A stretch of 64,000 nt of DNA from Welwitschia mirabilis. Taxonomy: Eukaryota. This document shows, piece after piece, positions 51,471-64,000 of the stretch. The stretch is from contig JBOZIK010000001.1 in the NCBI GenBank assembly GCA_051453625.1, forward strand, positions 27,666,937 to 27,730,936, written 5' to 3'. Position 1 is the stretch's first letter. Each line of letters begins with the position of its first letter. Below the pieces are notes generated by a model. The model worked only from the letters and a program-made list of their open reading frames with translations. It did no database searches and was not told the DNA's origin. The position numbers and the translations under genes are program-made.

Positions 51471-52669
51471 TATTATACTTTAGACTTTTAATAATCTAAT
51501 TACATTATTATCAATGTTTCAAGTATAATGTTTGTAAAATACTAGTGTAGACAAGTATATCTTAATATGGTTTTGTAAACTGATGATATAAGAAATTTAA
51601 AACCTAGAATGCTTTTTAAAATGTTAATAGAGACTACTATAAAATTTCCATTAATAATATAACATAATTATAATGTATTAAGTAATTTTTAGTACATACT
51701 TATAATGTCTAAGTAATTTTTAGTTTTGGAGTTAAAACAATTTATTTCTTTTATAACTATAAAACTATATCAATAATATAGATTATGATATACTAAATTA
51801 AATTAAGAGCATGTCAAATTATATATCATACTTAATAAAACTTTGATAAATAATATGTACTAGCATGTACTATAATAAAACATGATGGAAGTTGTCTTGC
51901 TTCAGTAGCAAGGTATCTTAATTAATGTTTCATAGAAATAAGTCTAAGTAATGGATTTATGTATGAATAATAAATTTCTATGTGTAAATATGTCATTAGG
52001 TATTAGGTAATTTTCATTATTTTCTTTAAAAGTTTAGATGATACATTTCATATCAAAAATAATATTGGTATGTGTATTAGATATTTTATTATCTTACTTC
52101 TTATGATTGGAATTTCATTATCACATGACATGAAACTAATGGGGATTATCAAATGGAAAGCTAGACCTCATTAAATTACTTTCATTTCATGAGAGGCTAA
52201 AACTTGATAGACTTAGAATCTAAGAAATAATCAAGAGTTTAACATATGTGATGCCTAAAGGCTAGAACCATAAAATAAGTGATGATTAAAGAATAGGAAA
52301 AAAAAAAGATTTCTAACTTAGTAAAAAGGCCCTAAGTAGAAATGTATTCACTAAGTATTATTTATATAGCTTAGTGTCCTTATATTTGTCTATTCCTTTT
52401 GTGAAAAAGTAACTTTTGAAAATAATTAATCCTTGATCTAATAGTATTTAGTAGGTTGAAACGTATAATATACGATATAAGTATATTCACTATTATGTTT
52501 ATCTATATTTTTTACAATTAATGTAGAAAGGTAAGCTCATATATAAGATGAAAACATAAATATGTTTATGTATGTGTATTTTTATGTGTATGTATATGTA
52601 GGTAAACATAAATGTATATCTATGTAATATTTCTATGTAATATAGTAAATATATAGTGATAAAACTATG

Positions 52670-52744
<75 letters not shown>

Positions 52745-52844
52745 NNNNNNNNNNNNNNNNNNNNNNNNNNNNNNNNNNNNNNNNNNNNNNNNNNNNNNNN
52801 NNNNNNNNNNNNNNNNNNNNNNNNNNNNNNNNNNNNNNNNNNNN

Positions 52845-52882
<38 letters not shown>

Positions 52883-53900
52883 TGTGTGTGTGTGTGTTTG
52901 TTTATCTTTATTATACACTATTCATAGCTAATTATATGATTTATAATATCACTAAATACTTCCTTCTTATGTGCATTCTCTTTACTTTTAATGAAAACCA
53001 TGAAACTCCTACATCATTAATAAATGAGAAAATAGTAGGTTATATGGAATCTAACATTGCATGTCACGTTGGCTTATGATTTTATTGAAAATTTCTAGAT
53101 CATTATGTGTTCATTATGTATACGACACATCATTTAAAAGAGAATAATATAATACTATTTAAATGTATGAATTAAATTTTATTATACGTTTCTAGGATTA
53201 AATAATATAAGTAAAAATAATAAAATTTGATAAAAATGAAAAACATATTCCCATAAAATGCATGTTAATGCCATAATATATGCTCAAAAATCTAAGATAG
53301 TGTCATGGAAATCATGTATTGAAACTAAGATTTTTTCCTAGAGTTATTACAAAGTTTTTATGCTTATGAGAAATATAAATAAGGTTTAATAAGTGAAAGG
53401 TAAAATGTAATAGGGTGAGTTGATCATCCACATTGAATACCACCCATTACCCTTCTCATCCTTCTTCATATGTCAACCTTCCTTTCTTCACACATCAACC
53501 TTTTTCTTCATTTGATTTCACAATCCCTTAGAATTTACTATTACCTTAATATTGATTCCTTTTAAGGATGAAGGTTGTTCTACCTTAAGAATATTATATA
53601 ACTTATGTTCTTTCAAACATGGAGGTGGTTGTTCAAGATTTTGACAATTTTAATAATACTTTAAGAATGTCTAAGAGGAGAAAGGTTAGGTTATCAATCA
53701 TAAGTAATTGTTATGCTTGTTCTTTCTCTAGTATTATTAGGGGTTATGATTTATCTTTCATTTATTTTAATTAGGGTTATAATCATTGATAACGCATGAC
53801 ATCCTATTGAAAAAGAAGAAGAACATAAATATAGCTCTATAGTTTTGATAGCAATATATGTTTTATAGTAATTGATTAGAATTAAAGGGAGGTATTTGTG
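51471..53900 (+). repeat. 3' LTR of the Tekay-like element (truncated)
   Basis: Collinear with 29756-32000; homology is lost near 53900. Confidence 0.75.
52674..52896. repeat. (TG)n microsatellite spanning an N gap
   Basis: Near-perfect TG run on both sides of the gap. Confidence 0.97.
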
Positions 53901-53931
53901 TTTAATGTATAAGCTTTTAAATCATGACTTA

Positions 53932-55800
53932 TGTTGTAGTAAAGCTCTAGCAGCATTATTTTCACAAGGATAAATCAAGGCACAAAACTAAACAGTGATG
54001 ACACAAATTTATATAACCTACAAATGGTTTAAAACAAAATAAAAATTAATATTATGATGAATAAATATCAATGGTGATATTTAGAAATTAAGATAAATTT
54101 GAAATACAAATCTAAATCATTCAATAGTAAAGTCTTCACTTTAATAATATATAATAAATTTCTAAATAAATCTTAAAGTTGTTAAGTCATGATGGATTGG
54201 ATTGTTGTAATATCATCTCATTTACCACATGAGTAGTGGTGAATTTCTTAGTCATTTTGATCATTTATAACCTAATGAAAACATAGAGATTAAAAAGGCA
54301 ATACCTAAGAACCATCAAGAAAGATGACTATAACCAAGAATTAAACTAAATAAATTCACTTAGAAAATGAAAGCACTTGATAAATATGTAGCCTTATTCA
54401 AGCACTGAAAGTATAATGTTAATTCCAATTAAAAATCAAGGATGAAGGACTACTTCTATTTCACAAAAGAATAAGAATTGTAGTACACTAAAGAAATTAA
54501 AGTAAACTAATATGAGCTCATTAATGTAGCTTTCAAGCTAGCTCGCTCCCAAAGGGAAACCATAGAAATATGTGATGATCTATAATCTAAGAAATAGAAA
54601 TTGAGAACTTTCTTAAGATGGGTTTAGAATGTAATGTTTATAGTGTTTTGCCTTAAAGGCTTAGTGGTGTTAATTATCTTGATGCTGGCACTAGTACTTT
54701 CTATTCAAATAGTTCCAATTTTCAATAATACTTTAGAACTTAACATAATATCTAAAATCATTATGGAATAATACATGATTTTATAGATGATATTAAAAAA
54801 CGTAGAAGACATAATTTTATAATAAAATAAATAATTTAATATCTTTTCCTAAGATAAATTAATATAATATACTTGCTATCAATATTAATTTTTATTTTTT
54901 ATCACACCCTCCTAGTTAAATGTTCTTAGCATCTTAGCAAAAAGGATAATAAATAATGATCTATATTGGAAAATGTTTAAAGAAAAATTGAATCATGAAA
55001 GAATGATATAATTTTTGGACATTTTTAATAAATATTTAAAAAATAATACATCAAAATTAGAAAAATTATTGAAAAATCTAGATGCCATATCCCATAACTA
55101 GAATTGAATATTTGCCTTAAAGTTTAGAAAGATAGAAAACTTTAATACAATTTTTAAGAACATGGTGATATACCTTTAGAGACATTTTTTCATGATATGT
55201 CATTTTATTAGAAAAGAGAAATATGCAATTAAGCTATAATGAAAGGAAAAAGTTATTTAATGATAAATCACAATCTCCATCTTTCAATCAATTTGTTCCT
55301 ATTAATAGTTTAAATTTCTCTTCCTTGGATAAACATAGTGTAAAAGATCAATTCATAATTAAAATATTTTTGCCTCATAATGTTATTTGTTATGAAATTA
55401 AAATGAGGTAAAAATGATAGTGGATGGATGTAAAAATCAAAAATAATAAAATGAGTGTAACACAACCATGTAGCCTATGAATATAAGAGAAAAGTTAGAT
55501 AAGATAATTATTTTATTTTGATTTTTAAGTTTTTTTATTGAATCTCAATATTAAATAAATATAGTATTGATTGACTAACTTATGAAACTTAAAGAGCTTA
55601 TACGAAATCCCAAGTATAGTAGTAAAGAGAATATAATTATAAGATCTCTAATTCCAACCTTTTCTTTCTACATTAAAGATTTTTACAATCATACACATTC
55701 CTTGTTCTAAGCTTTTAAATCATGCTAAGCATCTAGTGTTATGACATTTTATTTCAATAGAGTTAATGTATTATTTCTTTAAGAAATTGATGTTGCATTA
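53932..55800 (-). mobile_element. Athila-like 3' LTR (~53932-54904) plus adjacent 3' internal region
   Basis: Minus strand reads TTGCTAAGATGCTAAGAACATTTAACTAGGAGGGTG|TGATAAAA (PPT followed by LTR start at 54904). TGTTG at 53932 is the candidate other end. Confidence 0.55.
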
Positions 55801-57540
55801 TGTTGTAGTGTGTATTTGTACAATATTTCATGTTATTATTCAATCCTATCAATGATAGATATATATTGCAAAATATAACACACTAATATACATGGGAGTG
55901 ATCTAAATGTCATAATTCCATTGAAGACATAAGCAAGAAGAAAGAGATTTGAATTTAAATAAAATATTTATGTACTTCCTAAGTAGAACAAAATAATAAT
56001 GAAAAGTAAATAAATGCAAGTAAATAAACTATGCAAATGAGATGCAAGACTAATTTAAATGTAACATCTATTCGATTACCAAATCAACCTATTAAGGAGA
56101 TCAAACCTATATAATATAGATCAATCAAGAAAATTTGTTACTAGAACAAGACTAACCTAAACTATCAGATGCACTAAATAGAGCATGAAAATAATGTGAG
56201 TTAATCTAGAAAATAAAATGCAATGCACTAAAACTATCAATATCAAAATTAATAAAGGTTGTCCTTATGATTTATATAACAAATGAAGTTGTCACAGAAT
56301 CATAAGTAACATAAACCATAAGAGAGATGAACATAACAAAAGATATAAAAATAAAAATAGAGTTTTGATTAATTCAAATCAATATCTATGTTATAAAGTA
56401 GTAGCACCTCAATAAAGGATACACAACCTAACACTAAAAAAGACATTTCTCTGCAACAACAAAAGATGGATCTCCTTCCCTTTAATCTACTATCACAAGA
56501 ATTTCTACTATCAAAGAAGATAAAATTAGAGTTAAGGGTGAAGGAGGTATTTATTACAAACAAAACTTTAAAAATAATAAAAACTAATAAATGTGATAAA
56601 ACCCTAATTATTGCACTATAAGTTCATGAAATATGATAAACATTTTGGATGTTATTTTACTAATCATCAAAATATCACAAAAGATGATTCCACATCATAC
56701 AGGATCCAAATCAGCTACTAGTTTGGTTTAGTAAGTTTCCTAGTTAGCATAACTTATTTTGTCATCCATATTTTCATGTGAATGATAATATTGATGATGG
56801 ACTTCACAAAGATGTTTCTTATGTCATATCAACTCTTTGATTACAGGATTTTTACTTCAAATAGGAAGTACTACAATATGCCTTAAATGCTATCAAATGT
56901 AATGAATATTGCATATTTTCATGATATTTGCTTTAGCTCTTCATTACCATCAAAACTCAACACAAAACTATTTAGTATCTTATAAAACTACTCAAAATAC
57001 CTTATCAAATATGTATAATTTGGTAGCATAACATAGTCTTCCATTTAGCTTTATTAGTTCTTTACAAAATTAGGTGACCAACCATAATTATGAGCTAAAC
57101 TGATGATAGATAACTCAAGTAGGAAAATAAAAAATAAACTAAAAAATAATCTTATAAATCTCAAAATGCAAGATAGGAATGTCAAAAATAGATAACTAAA
57201 CATTTTACTTATGTAGAATAAGTGGTCATACTATCATCTTGATGGTTATTTAAATCATGAAGGGGGTGACAGGCTCAAAAAATATTCTTAAAACATAGAA
57301 TCCTATGAAAAAAAGCTTTTAAAAAGATAAATATTAAAACTCAATAAAATTTAACAACCCTACACTTAAATGTATAGCACATTATAAAAATAATCATGTA
57401 TAACATAAAAAATCATGATCGTGAAATGCTAAAAATATAAATTTAATGTGCATAATATCCTAAAAATAAAATTGGACATAATAATAATACTCAAAAAGTA
57501 ATATATATATAAAATCATGAGTTTTTAATATAATTCATGA
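55801..57540 (-). mobile_element. Family A-related 3' LTR (55801-57033) with adjacent PPT-side internal sequence
   Basis: Ends TGTTGTAGTGTGTATTTGTACAATA and CAAAATACCTTATCAAAT...GCATAACA match 36010 and 36822. The sequence that follows resembles 40176-40240. Confidence 0.75.
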
Positions 57541-57584
57541 GGGGAAGATATATAATATAATATAATATAATAAACCACTCCCCT

Positions 57585-60500
57585 TGTCATACCAAAATAA
57601 ACTCCTAATGTGATTTAAGATTAAATACAGGTGAAAAAGATGAAGGATGTTTAAGATCTATATAGAAATAATGGTTAAGAACTATTGTGATGGACCATGT
57701 AGTCTTGTATCCTTATACTCTGACTACCTCTGAGATGTTAACTATCACACTGTGTTCAATGTGTAATATGTAATCAGACACATTTGCAACTACTCCTTTA
57801 TGTGCTGAGCTCTCTTGTTAATACTAGATATCCTTTGACATATCTTGGTAAAGCCTTAGTCTATAACATCTTTAAGGCCTTGTGCTATATCTACTAAGAG
57901 TGTCTATATTTGCTTAAGGGGCATACCAAATATAAGTCTCTATACCTTAGATCTCTTTGCTTCTCCTAGAATATGTATGCCCATGTCTTATAGGCAATGA
58001 TTTGATGTTTGAAGATGTGTTAGTCTCTACTCACCCATAGACTCATGTATATCAAAGCATCAAAAATGGCTAAGGGAAGGCATGGATATCCCAGAGTCTA
58101 TATCTAACAAGCCTTTATCATCATCCTAAGTTTGCTATAAATAAATGTCAATAAGCCCATCTGTTCCCTTGTTTAAACACTACCAACATCTATAAATGTA
58201 TTATTATAACATAGCTATTATGAAAAGATGGACTGATGTTATAAATCAATCCTTTGTGTTAAATCTGATAGGTAGGCAATAAATGTATCATCATAACTCC
58301 TGCCTATCACTAGTAAAATTAGCTAGTAAATCTAATACTGCATCATAAGCATGATGATCCTCTGTATCTCTACCTAAGTAAATGTGCATACTATCAATGC
58401 CATATAATTCAGTAACTGTAGTGATGTGACTAGAGAGAATGGATATGTTTTGGTCATAAATTATAGCTATAATGTTCCATTTTACTAATTTTAAAATTAC
58501 TTTGCATAAAAAGGAACATATGGAATAATATTTCAGGATCAATAGGAATAAAAAGGGATAATTTGAAAAGAATGTAGTCTTTATTACTAATCATAGTAAA
58601 TTACATTCCTCATCATTAACCAATAGCCCTAGACTAGTGGTGAAAGATAAAGGTATGGATTACAACCTGAGTTCCCCTCTTGGGATCCTTTAGGATTAGC
58701 CAAGGCTGTCATTAATTACATCCATCTAATCTATCCATCCTCATGTAATGCCATAGGCTTATATTACATAATGAAGGGATACATATTTTCATATTTAGAT
58801 TACATCCATTCATATATTTTTTAATTATGCTCATTTATTGCTTAATACATTTATTACACTACATTCCCTTACCCTTAGGAATTGTACCCATCCTCGAGTC
58901 AGGTCTCTTCTCTTGTTGCATCATTTTTAAAGCCATGCTCCTTCAAATTATTTTTTGTTTAGTCTACAAAACATGATATACTTCATTAATATATACATTG
59001 ATAATGTATAACAAAATGGTATTTTAGGATTTATTAAAAATTCTAGGAAAAGTCTCCTACATGTACTCTATATTTTTCCATGTTTCTTTTTATAGTGGGT
59101 ACATTGGATGAGTACTTTAGGATCTTTTCCAGTTGGATAGTAAAGGTCAAGTTAGATTTAAGCATAATATGTTGCTAGTTCGAGGTGTAGTTCTAGTTTC
59201 TGTCTTTGTGATATGGTTTAATCATGATCACATAAAAAACTAGATTATTTAGGACATCTATAAAGAAAGTTCTAGTTTATATGCTAGATCTCCTATTCTT
59301 TTAATGATTTTTAATGGACTAGAGAACTGTGATACTAACTTGTTGTACTTTGCCATCCTTAGGAAGTTCCTTTCTAGCTTGATTCTTAGCTATGCCCTTT
59401 CATCGACTTGGAATGTACAAGTTTGATGTTTTAAATATAATANNNNNNNNNNCTCTATCTTTTTTGATCTCTGTAAAAGATCTAATCATGTAACAGGGGT
59501 AGAATAATTTTTTTCATACATTACTTTGAATGGTAAATATCAAATCGAAGTTTGAAACATATAGCTATAAGAAAATTCTACCAAATGTAGATAGTTCTCT
59601 CATTTTTTAGGCTTTTTTATTACATAACACCTTAGAGTATATTTTAATATATGATTTACTCTTTTAATTTGACCATCTATTTCTGGGTAATATGTAGTGC
59701 GGAAGCTAAGTTTGGTGCCTAAGTGGTAAAAGAAACTTTATCAAAACTTAGGAAACAACTTAAAAATTAGTTAGATACTATGACTAGTAATGCATCATGT
59801 AATTTAAAAACTTCCTATACAAACAAGTGGGCTAATTCTTTGGTTGTGTTAGAGCTTTTAACTATAATGATATGATCCATCTTAGTCAACATATCTACAT
59901 AAATCAAAATTTCATCATACTGTCTGTTAGCAACGGGTAGTCCAGTGATGAAATTTATGGATATTTCCTCCCATTTCCACTGTGGTATTCCTAAAGATTG
60001 AAAGAGACCAGTGGGTCTTTCCTAATCAATATTCATCTACTAGCATATAGGGTAATTGCAAATGTATTCTTTCAAGTCTACTTTCATTCTAAACCAAAAG
60101 TAATATTTTCATAATTGATGGTAATTTTTAAGAAATCTAGGATATCATACATATGAAACTTCATGTAGTTTAGACATTAGCTTACTTATTCATCGGCCTT
60201 ATGAAATGCACAGGCATTGTTCTTTTAAAAAGTATCCATACCATTAGAGCATGATGTATCTACTTCTTTTTCTTCTTGGACTTATTGATATATGTTCTTA
60301 AAGTATGGGTCATTAGTTAAGGATGTTTTGAAGAAGGTAGATAGACCAAATGTGATAGTGATTTCTACATGTACTACATTTTCCTTAGAGTGTTTATGTC
60401 TTTGTTCTTTTTTCTAGGGGTATACTATAATTTTAATTTGTATTTTGCAAGCAACTCATCTCACATTCTCTATCACATGTTTAAAATGGATTGTTTTTGA

Positions 60501-63058
60501 AAGTATTTCAAGATTTATGGTTAGTTTTGAATAAATATTTGCTTCCTATAAGATAATATCTATAAACTTTCAAGGCATGTACTATGACTAGTAATTTTAG
60601 ATCATAAATGAGATAGGGCTTACCATGTTAATTTAACTTCCATGATTCATAATTAATCACTTGATCATGCTAGCTAAGTACGGTTCATATTCCTTGAGTA
60701 GAAGCATTGGTGGTAACTATAAATAGTTTTTTAATGTCTACAATTTTGAAAATAGACACCATTATAAGTAACAACTTTAACCTAGGAAATTCTTCCTTGC
60801 ATTTATCATCAAAATTAAATGTGTTTATTGGTTAGATCAGATCTGTTAATAATTTTATAAGTTGATAGAATCCTAAAATAAATTTTTGATAAAAGCTGAC
60901 CAACCCTAAGATACTTTGAACTTGAATAGCATCCTTTAGGTTTGGCCATTCCCTTATGGCTTACACTTTAGCTGGATTGGTTGTAATTCCTCTACTAGAG
61001 ATGATATGGCTTAGATATCTAATTTCTATTTGAAATGACTCATACTTACATAATTTGGGCTTAAAATTATGTTTGAACAAAATCTATAGAACTTTCTTAA
61101 AGTGTCTAATATGGTCATCCTANNNNNNNNNNNNNNNNNNNNNNNNNNNNNNNNNNNNNNNNNNNNNNNNNNNNNNNNNNNNNNNNNNNNNNNNNNNNNN
61201 NNNNNNNNNNNNNNNNNNNNNNTCATACTTACTTAATTTGGGCTTAAAATTATGTTTGAACAAAATCTATAGAACTTTCTTCAAGTGTCTAATATGGTCA
61301 TCCTAATTTCTAGAATATATTAGAATATCATCTAAAAATAAAACTATGAATTTATCCATACATGATTGAAAAACATCATTCATTAAACGAATAAATGTAA
61401 CTAGAGCATTTGTTAAACTAAAAGGCATTACTAAAAACTCATAATGTTTATATCTTATTCTAAAAGTAATATTGTAGATGTTTTTATTCTTGATGCAAAT
61501 CTAGTAATATCTAGATTTTAAATCAATCTTTGAGAAGAATTTAATTCTTTATAGTTGATTCAATAAATTATTAATCGTTGGTAATAGGTACTTGTTCTTG
61601 ATGATTATCTTATTTAGCTTCTTATAGTCATAAGCTGCCATCCTTTATATTAATGATCATTACTAGTGCTCCCCATGGTAACACACTAGGATAAATTTCT
61701 CCTTCCAATAAGTAGCTTTAGTACTTTTAATTCTACTATAGAGAAGTGGTAAGATGCTCATGCTATTAGTTGTACTCCAAGAACTAAGTTGATTGAATGT
61801 TGTATATTTCTCTTGGTTGGGAGTGTTTTTGAGTTTTCCAATACATTAGAGAATTGCTATAGTTCTTCTAGTATAACGGGATTTTCTTTATGATTTTTTA
61901 TCTATACCAGGGTAATAAACATTGATTTTCTTTTAATAACTTTTGTGATCTATTTGAGTGAGGCCAAAGGTATGTTCTTACTCCTTTCTTTCTCTTTAAA
62001 TATTTATTCTTTGAATGAAGTGAATAGTAATAAGATCCATTGATGAAAATTAATTAGATCATTATATATAATAATGAAGAAAATCCCTAGAATGGCATGA
62101 TATTTCCTAATTTAGAAGACATAGAGTTTATCTCTAAAATGTAAGTTGTGAATGGTATAATTGATAAAGGTGGTAGTATCATCTTGTGTAAGGAAACTAT
62201 CCCTTACAAATTCTATTGTGGATTTTTGTCCTTTAAATAGAGTAATGTTTAGTTTGTAAAATAAGATGGATGAAATGAAATTATATGAGGCATTGCTATC
62301 AACTAGGAATAAAATAGCAAAATATAAAATATGACCTTATAATTTTAAGATAGAATATTAATTGTAAATCACACCTATTTGAATGGTAGCATATACTCTT
62401 TTGAGTTGTATGAACAAATTCTAAAAAGATTAAGGCTGACAGTGCTAAGCAATATTTGGCTGTCATGCTTTAGATGGATAATTCCTAATAATGTATTCCT
62501 TCTTATGGTACTCATAGCAAGTAAGGTTTACCCTATATGCCTATTGCATTGGTGGTGTACTTGATTGAGAGTGTCTATTTACTTAAATGTGTTATTTCTC
62601 TATCCATTGATTTTCTTATCCTTAAAGATAGTCTTGTAATAATTATATTGAGTGCATTTGATTTCCATGGTGTGCAAGATACTTTTGAGTTTGAATGATA
62701 AGGTCTCAATGAAACTGTTGATCAACTGCTTCTCTATAAAGTTATTCTAGTACTTCATAAGGTGATAGAATTTAGATCAATATTTATTCAATGGGAACTT
62801 TTCTATACGGAGGCATTGAAAATCCAATATTTAATCATAAATTAAATTTTCTAGTATGAATCTCCTTTTGAAATATTATATGAAGGTACTTCATGGTATT
62901 CTTTGGGGATGTTTCTATTCACATCTAGAACAACATTCTTGTGCATTTCCTATAAGATAAGTAACAGTGTTTGGGATGCATATTGTTCTTTTAATTCCAA
63001 TGAAAGATAAATATCTACTTACATACAATACACATTTGTATAGTGGAATCAACCCAAT
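57585..63058 (-). mobile_element. Second decayed chromovirus-like Ty3/Gypsy element (3' LTR ~57585-58863, gag-pol to ~63058), 5' part cut by another LTR
   Basis: PPT AAGGGTAAGGGAA|TGTAG at 58863; candidate LTR end GGTATGACA at 57585; internal pol domains in Gypsy order. Confidence 0.75.
58900..63050 (-). pseudogene. gag-pol remnant (zinc knuckle, protease, RT, RNase H, integrase)
   Basis: TCYEYHKKEYIIRNYP (decayed CCHC); FLVDSNASYNFIS; HYEFLVMPFSLTNALVTFIRLMNDVFQSCMDKFIVLFLDDILIYS; GLFQSLGIPQWKWEEISINFITGLP; IIKRIGDLAYKLEL. Confidence 0.9.
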
Positions 63059-64000
63059 TGTCATACACTTAAATAAGACTCATAAAGGAGAATATGAAAA
63101 TTTGCTTTTATAAGGAGAAATATATTTTGGAAAGTTTCTTTAAAGAAAATAAAATTAAATAATGCAAAGATAACGTTGGAATGTAATGCACTGGAATAAA
63201 ATAAAATGCAATTATATGCTAATGAATTAATTAAAATTTCAATCTACTATCACTTAGATTAATTCTTATAATCTATTTAATTATGAATTCATATTACTTA
63301 AATTACAATTAAGATATAAGAAAGAATACCAAAACACTTAAAAATATTTCAATTCAATTAATACTTTTATTAATGAAATTAAATTATATCCACTTATGAT
63401 AATAACTCCTCAATGGAAGATTATTTTTCTAATACCAATGTGTTTCTTATCATAAGTAGGATGGATCTCCTTAACTTCAATAATATTCAACTATCATAAA
63501 AATGTAGATGACAAAAGATGATTTTGAATATGGTCTGAAAGAGTCTATTTTTAGGTTAAGATAGGTCATTAAATAATGTAAAATGAAGAGGTATGAGTTA
63601 GATTCACCCTTTCATAATAATTGTATCAAGTTTATAAATTATTTTAATCATCATTCATTATGTCATTTCCATAAAAAATAGGACAACACCCCATCAACCA
63701 AGTAATGCTTAACACATGTTGAAAATGTTGACTGCCATCTCAATCATCATCTTTACTACACATATGTTGACCATAGTTTTTTACTGTCATCCTCTCTATT
63801 GTTCTCATAATATGAAGGATGACCAATATATCTTCATCACATTACTTTGGTTCATCGTTACCCAAAAATGGCTTTTTATGTTGGAAATTATTGCATCTTT
63901 TGTCTTGTATGAAAGCTTTGTATAATTTACATAAATCCCTAGAAAAACTTGTCAATAAGACCTAAAAATGTACTCCACATGTGTATTAAATAGGTCAAGT
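63059..64000 (-). mobile_element. Athila-like LTR, running to the window end
   Basis: TCCACTTATGATAATAACTCCTCAATGGAAGA...GATGGATCTCCTT matches blocks in the LTRs at ~39500-39590 and ~48660-48750. Left boundary approximate. Confidence 0.6.

Larger units (their letters stand above)
29756..53900 (+). mobile_element. Decayed Tekay/Del-like chromovirus carrying two nested insertions; 3' LTR truncated
   Basis: Long LTR pair, decayed tRNA-Met PBS, gag-PR-RT-RH-IN-chromodomain order and PPT are all recoverable once 36010-37041 and 38447-50458 are removed. Confidence 0.85.

Overview
This is a very AT-rich, gap-ridden plant (angiosperm-type) heterochromatic window with no intact protein-coding gene, RNA gene or prokaryotic system. 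Almost all of it is nested, decayed Ty3/Gypsy retrotransposon sequence (Athila-like and chromovirus Tekay/Reina-like elements plus solo LTRs). Five things stand out. (1) A ~3.9-kb endogenous caulimovirid fragment (capsid tail-protease-RT-RNase H polyprotein, a second ~550-codon ORF and a TATA box) lies inside an Athila-like LTR in place of ~350 bp of that LTR. (2) An intronless xyloglucan endotransglucosylase/hydrolase (XTH) pseudogene has its catalytic DEIDFE motif split by a 1.9-kb internally deleted chromovirus. (3) A ~24-kb Tekay-like element carries a solo LTR flanked by a 219-bp direct duplication in its RT. (4) The same element carries a three-LTR Athila-like composite in its integrase. 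(5) A second, much more decayed caulimovirid relic may lie at ~17.3-21.9 kb. All calls come from reading and translating by eye; boundaries marked approximate may be off by tens of bases, and lineage names need RT phylogeny.
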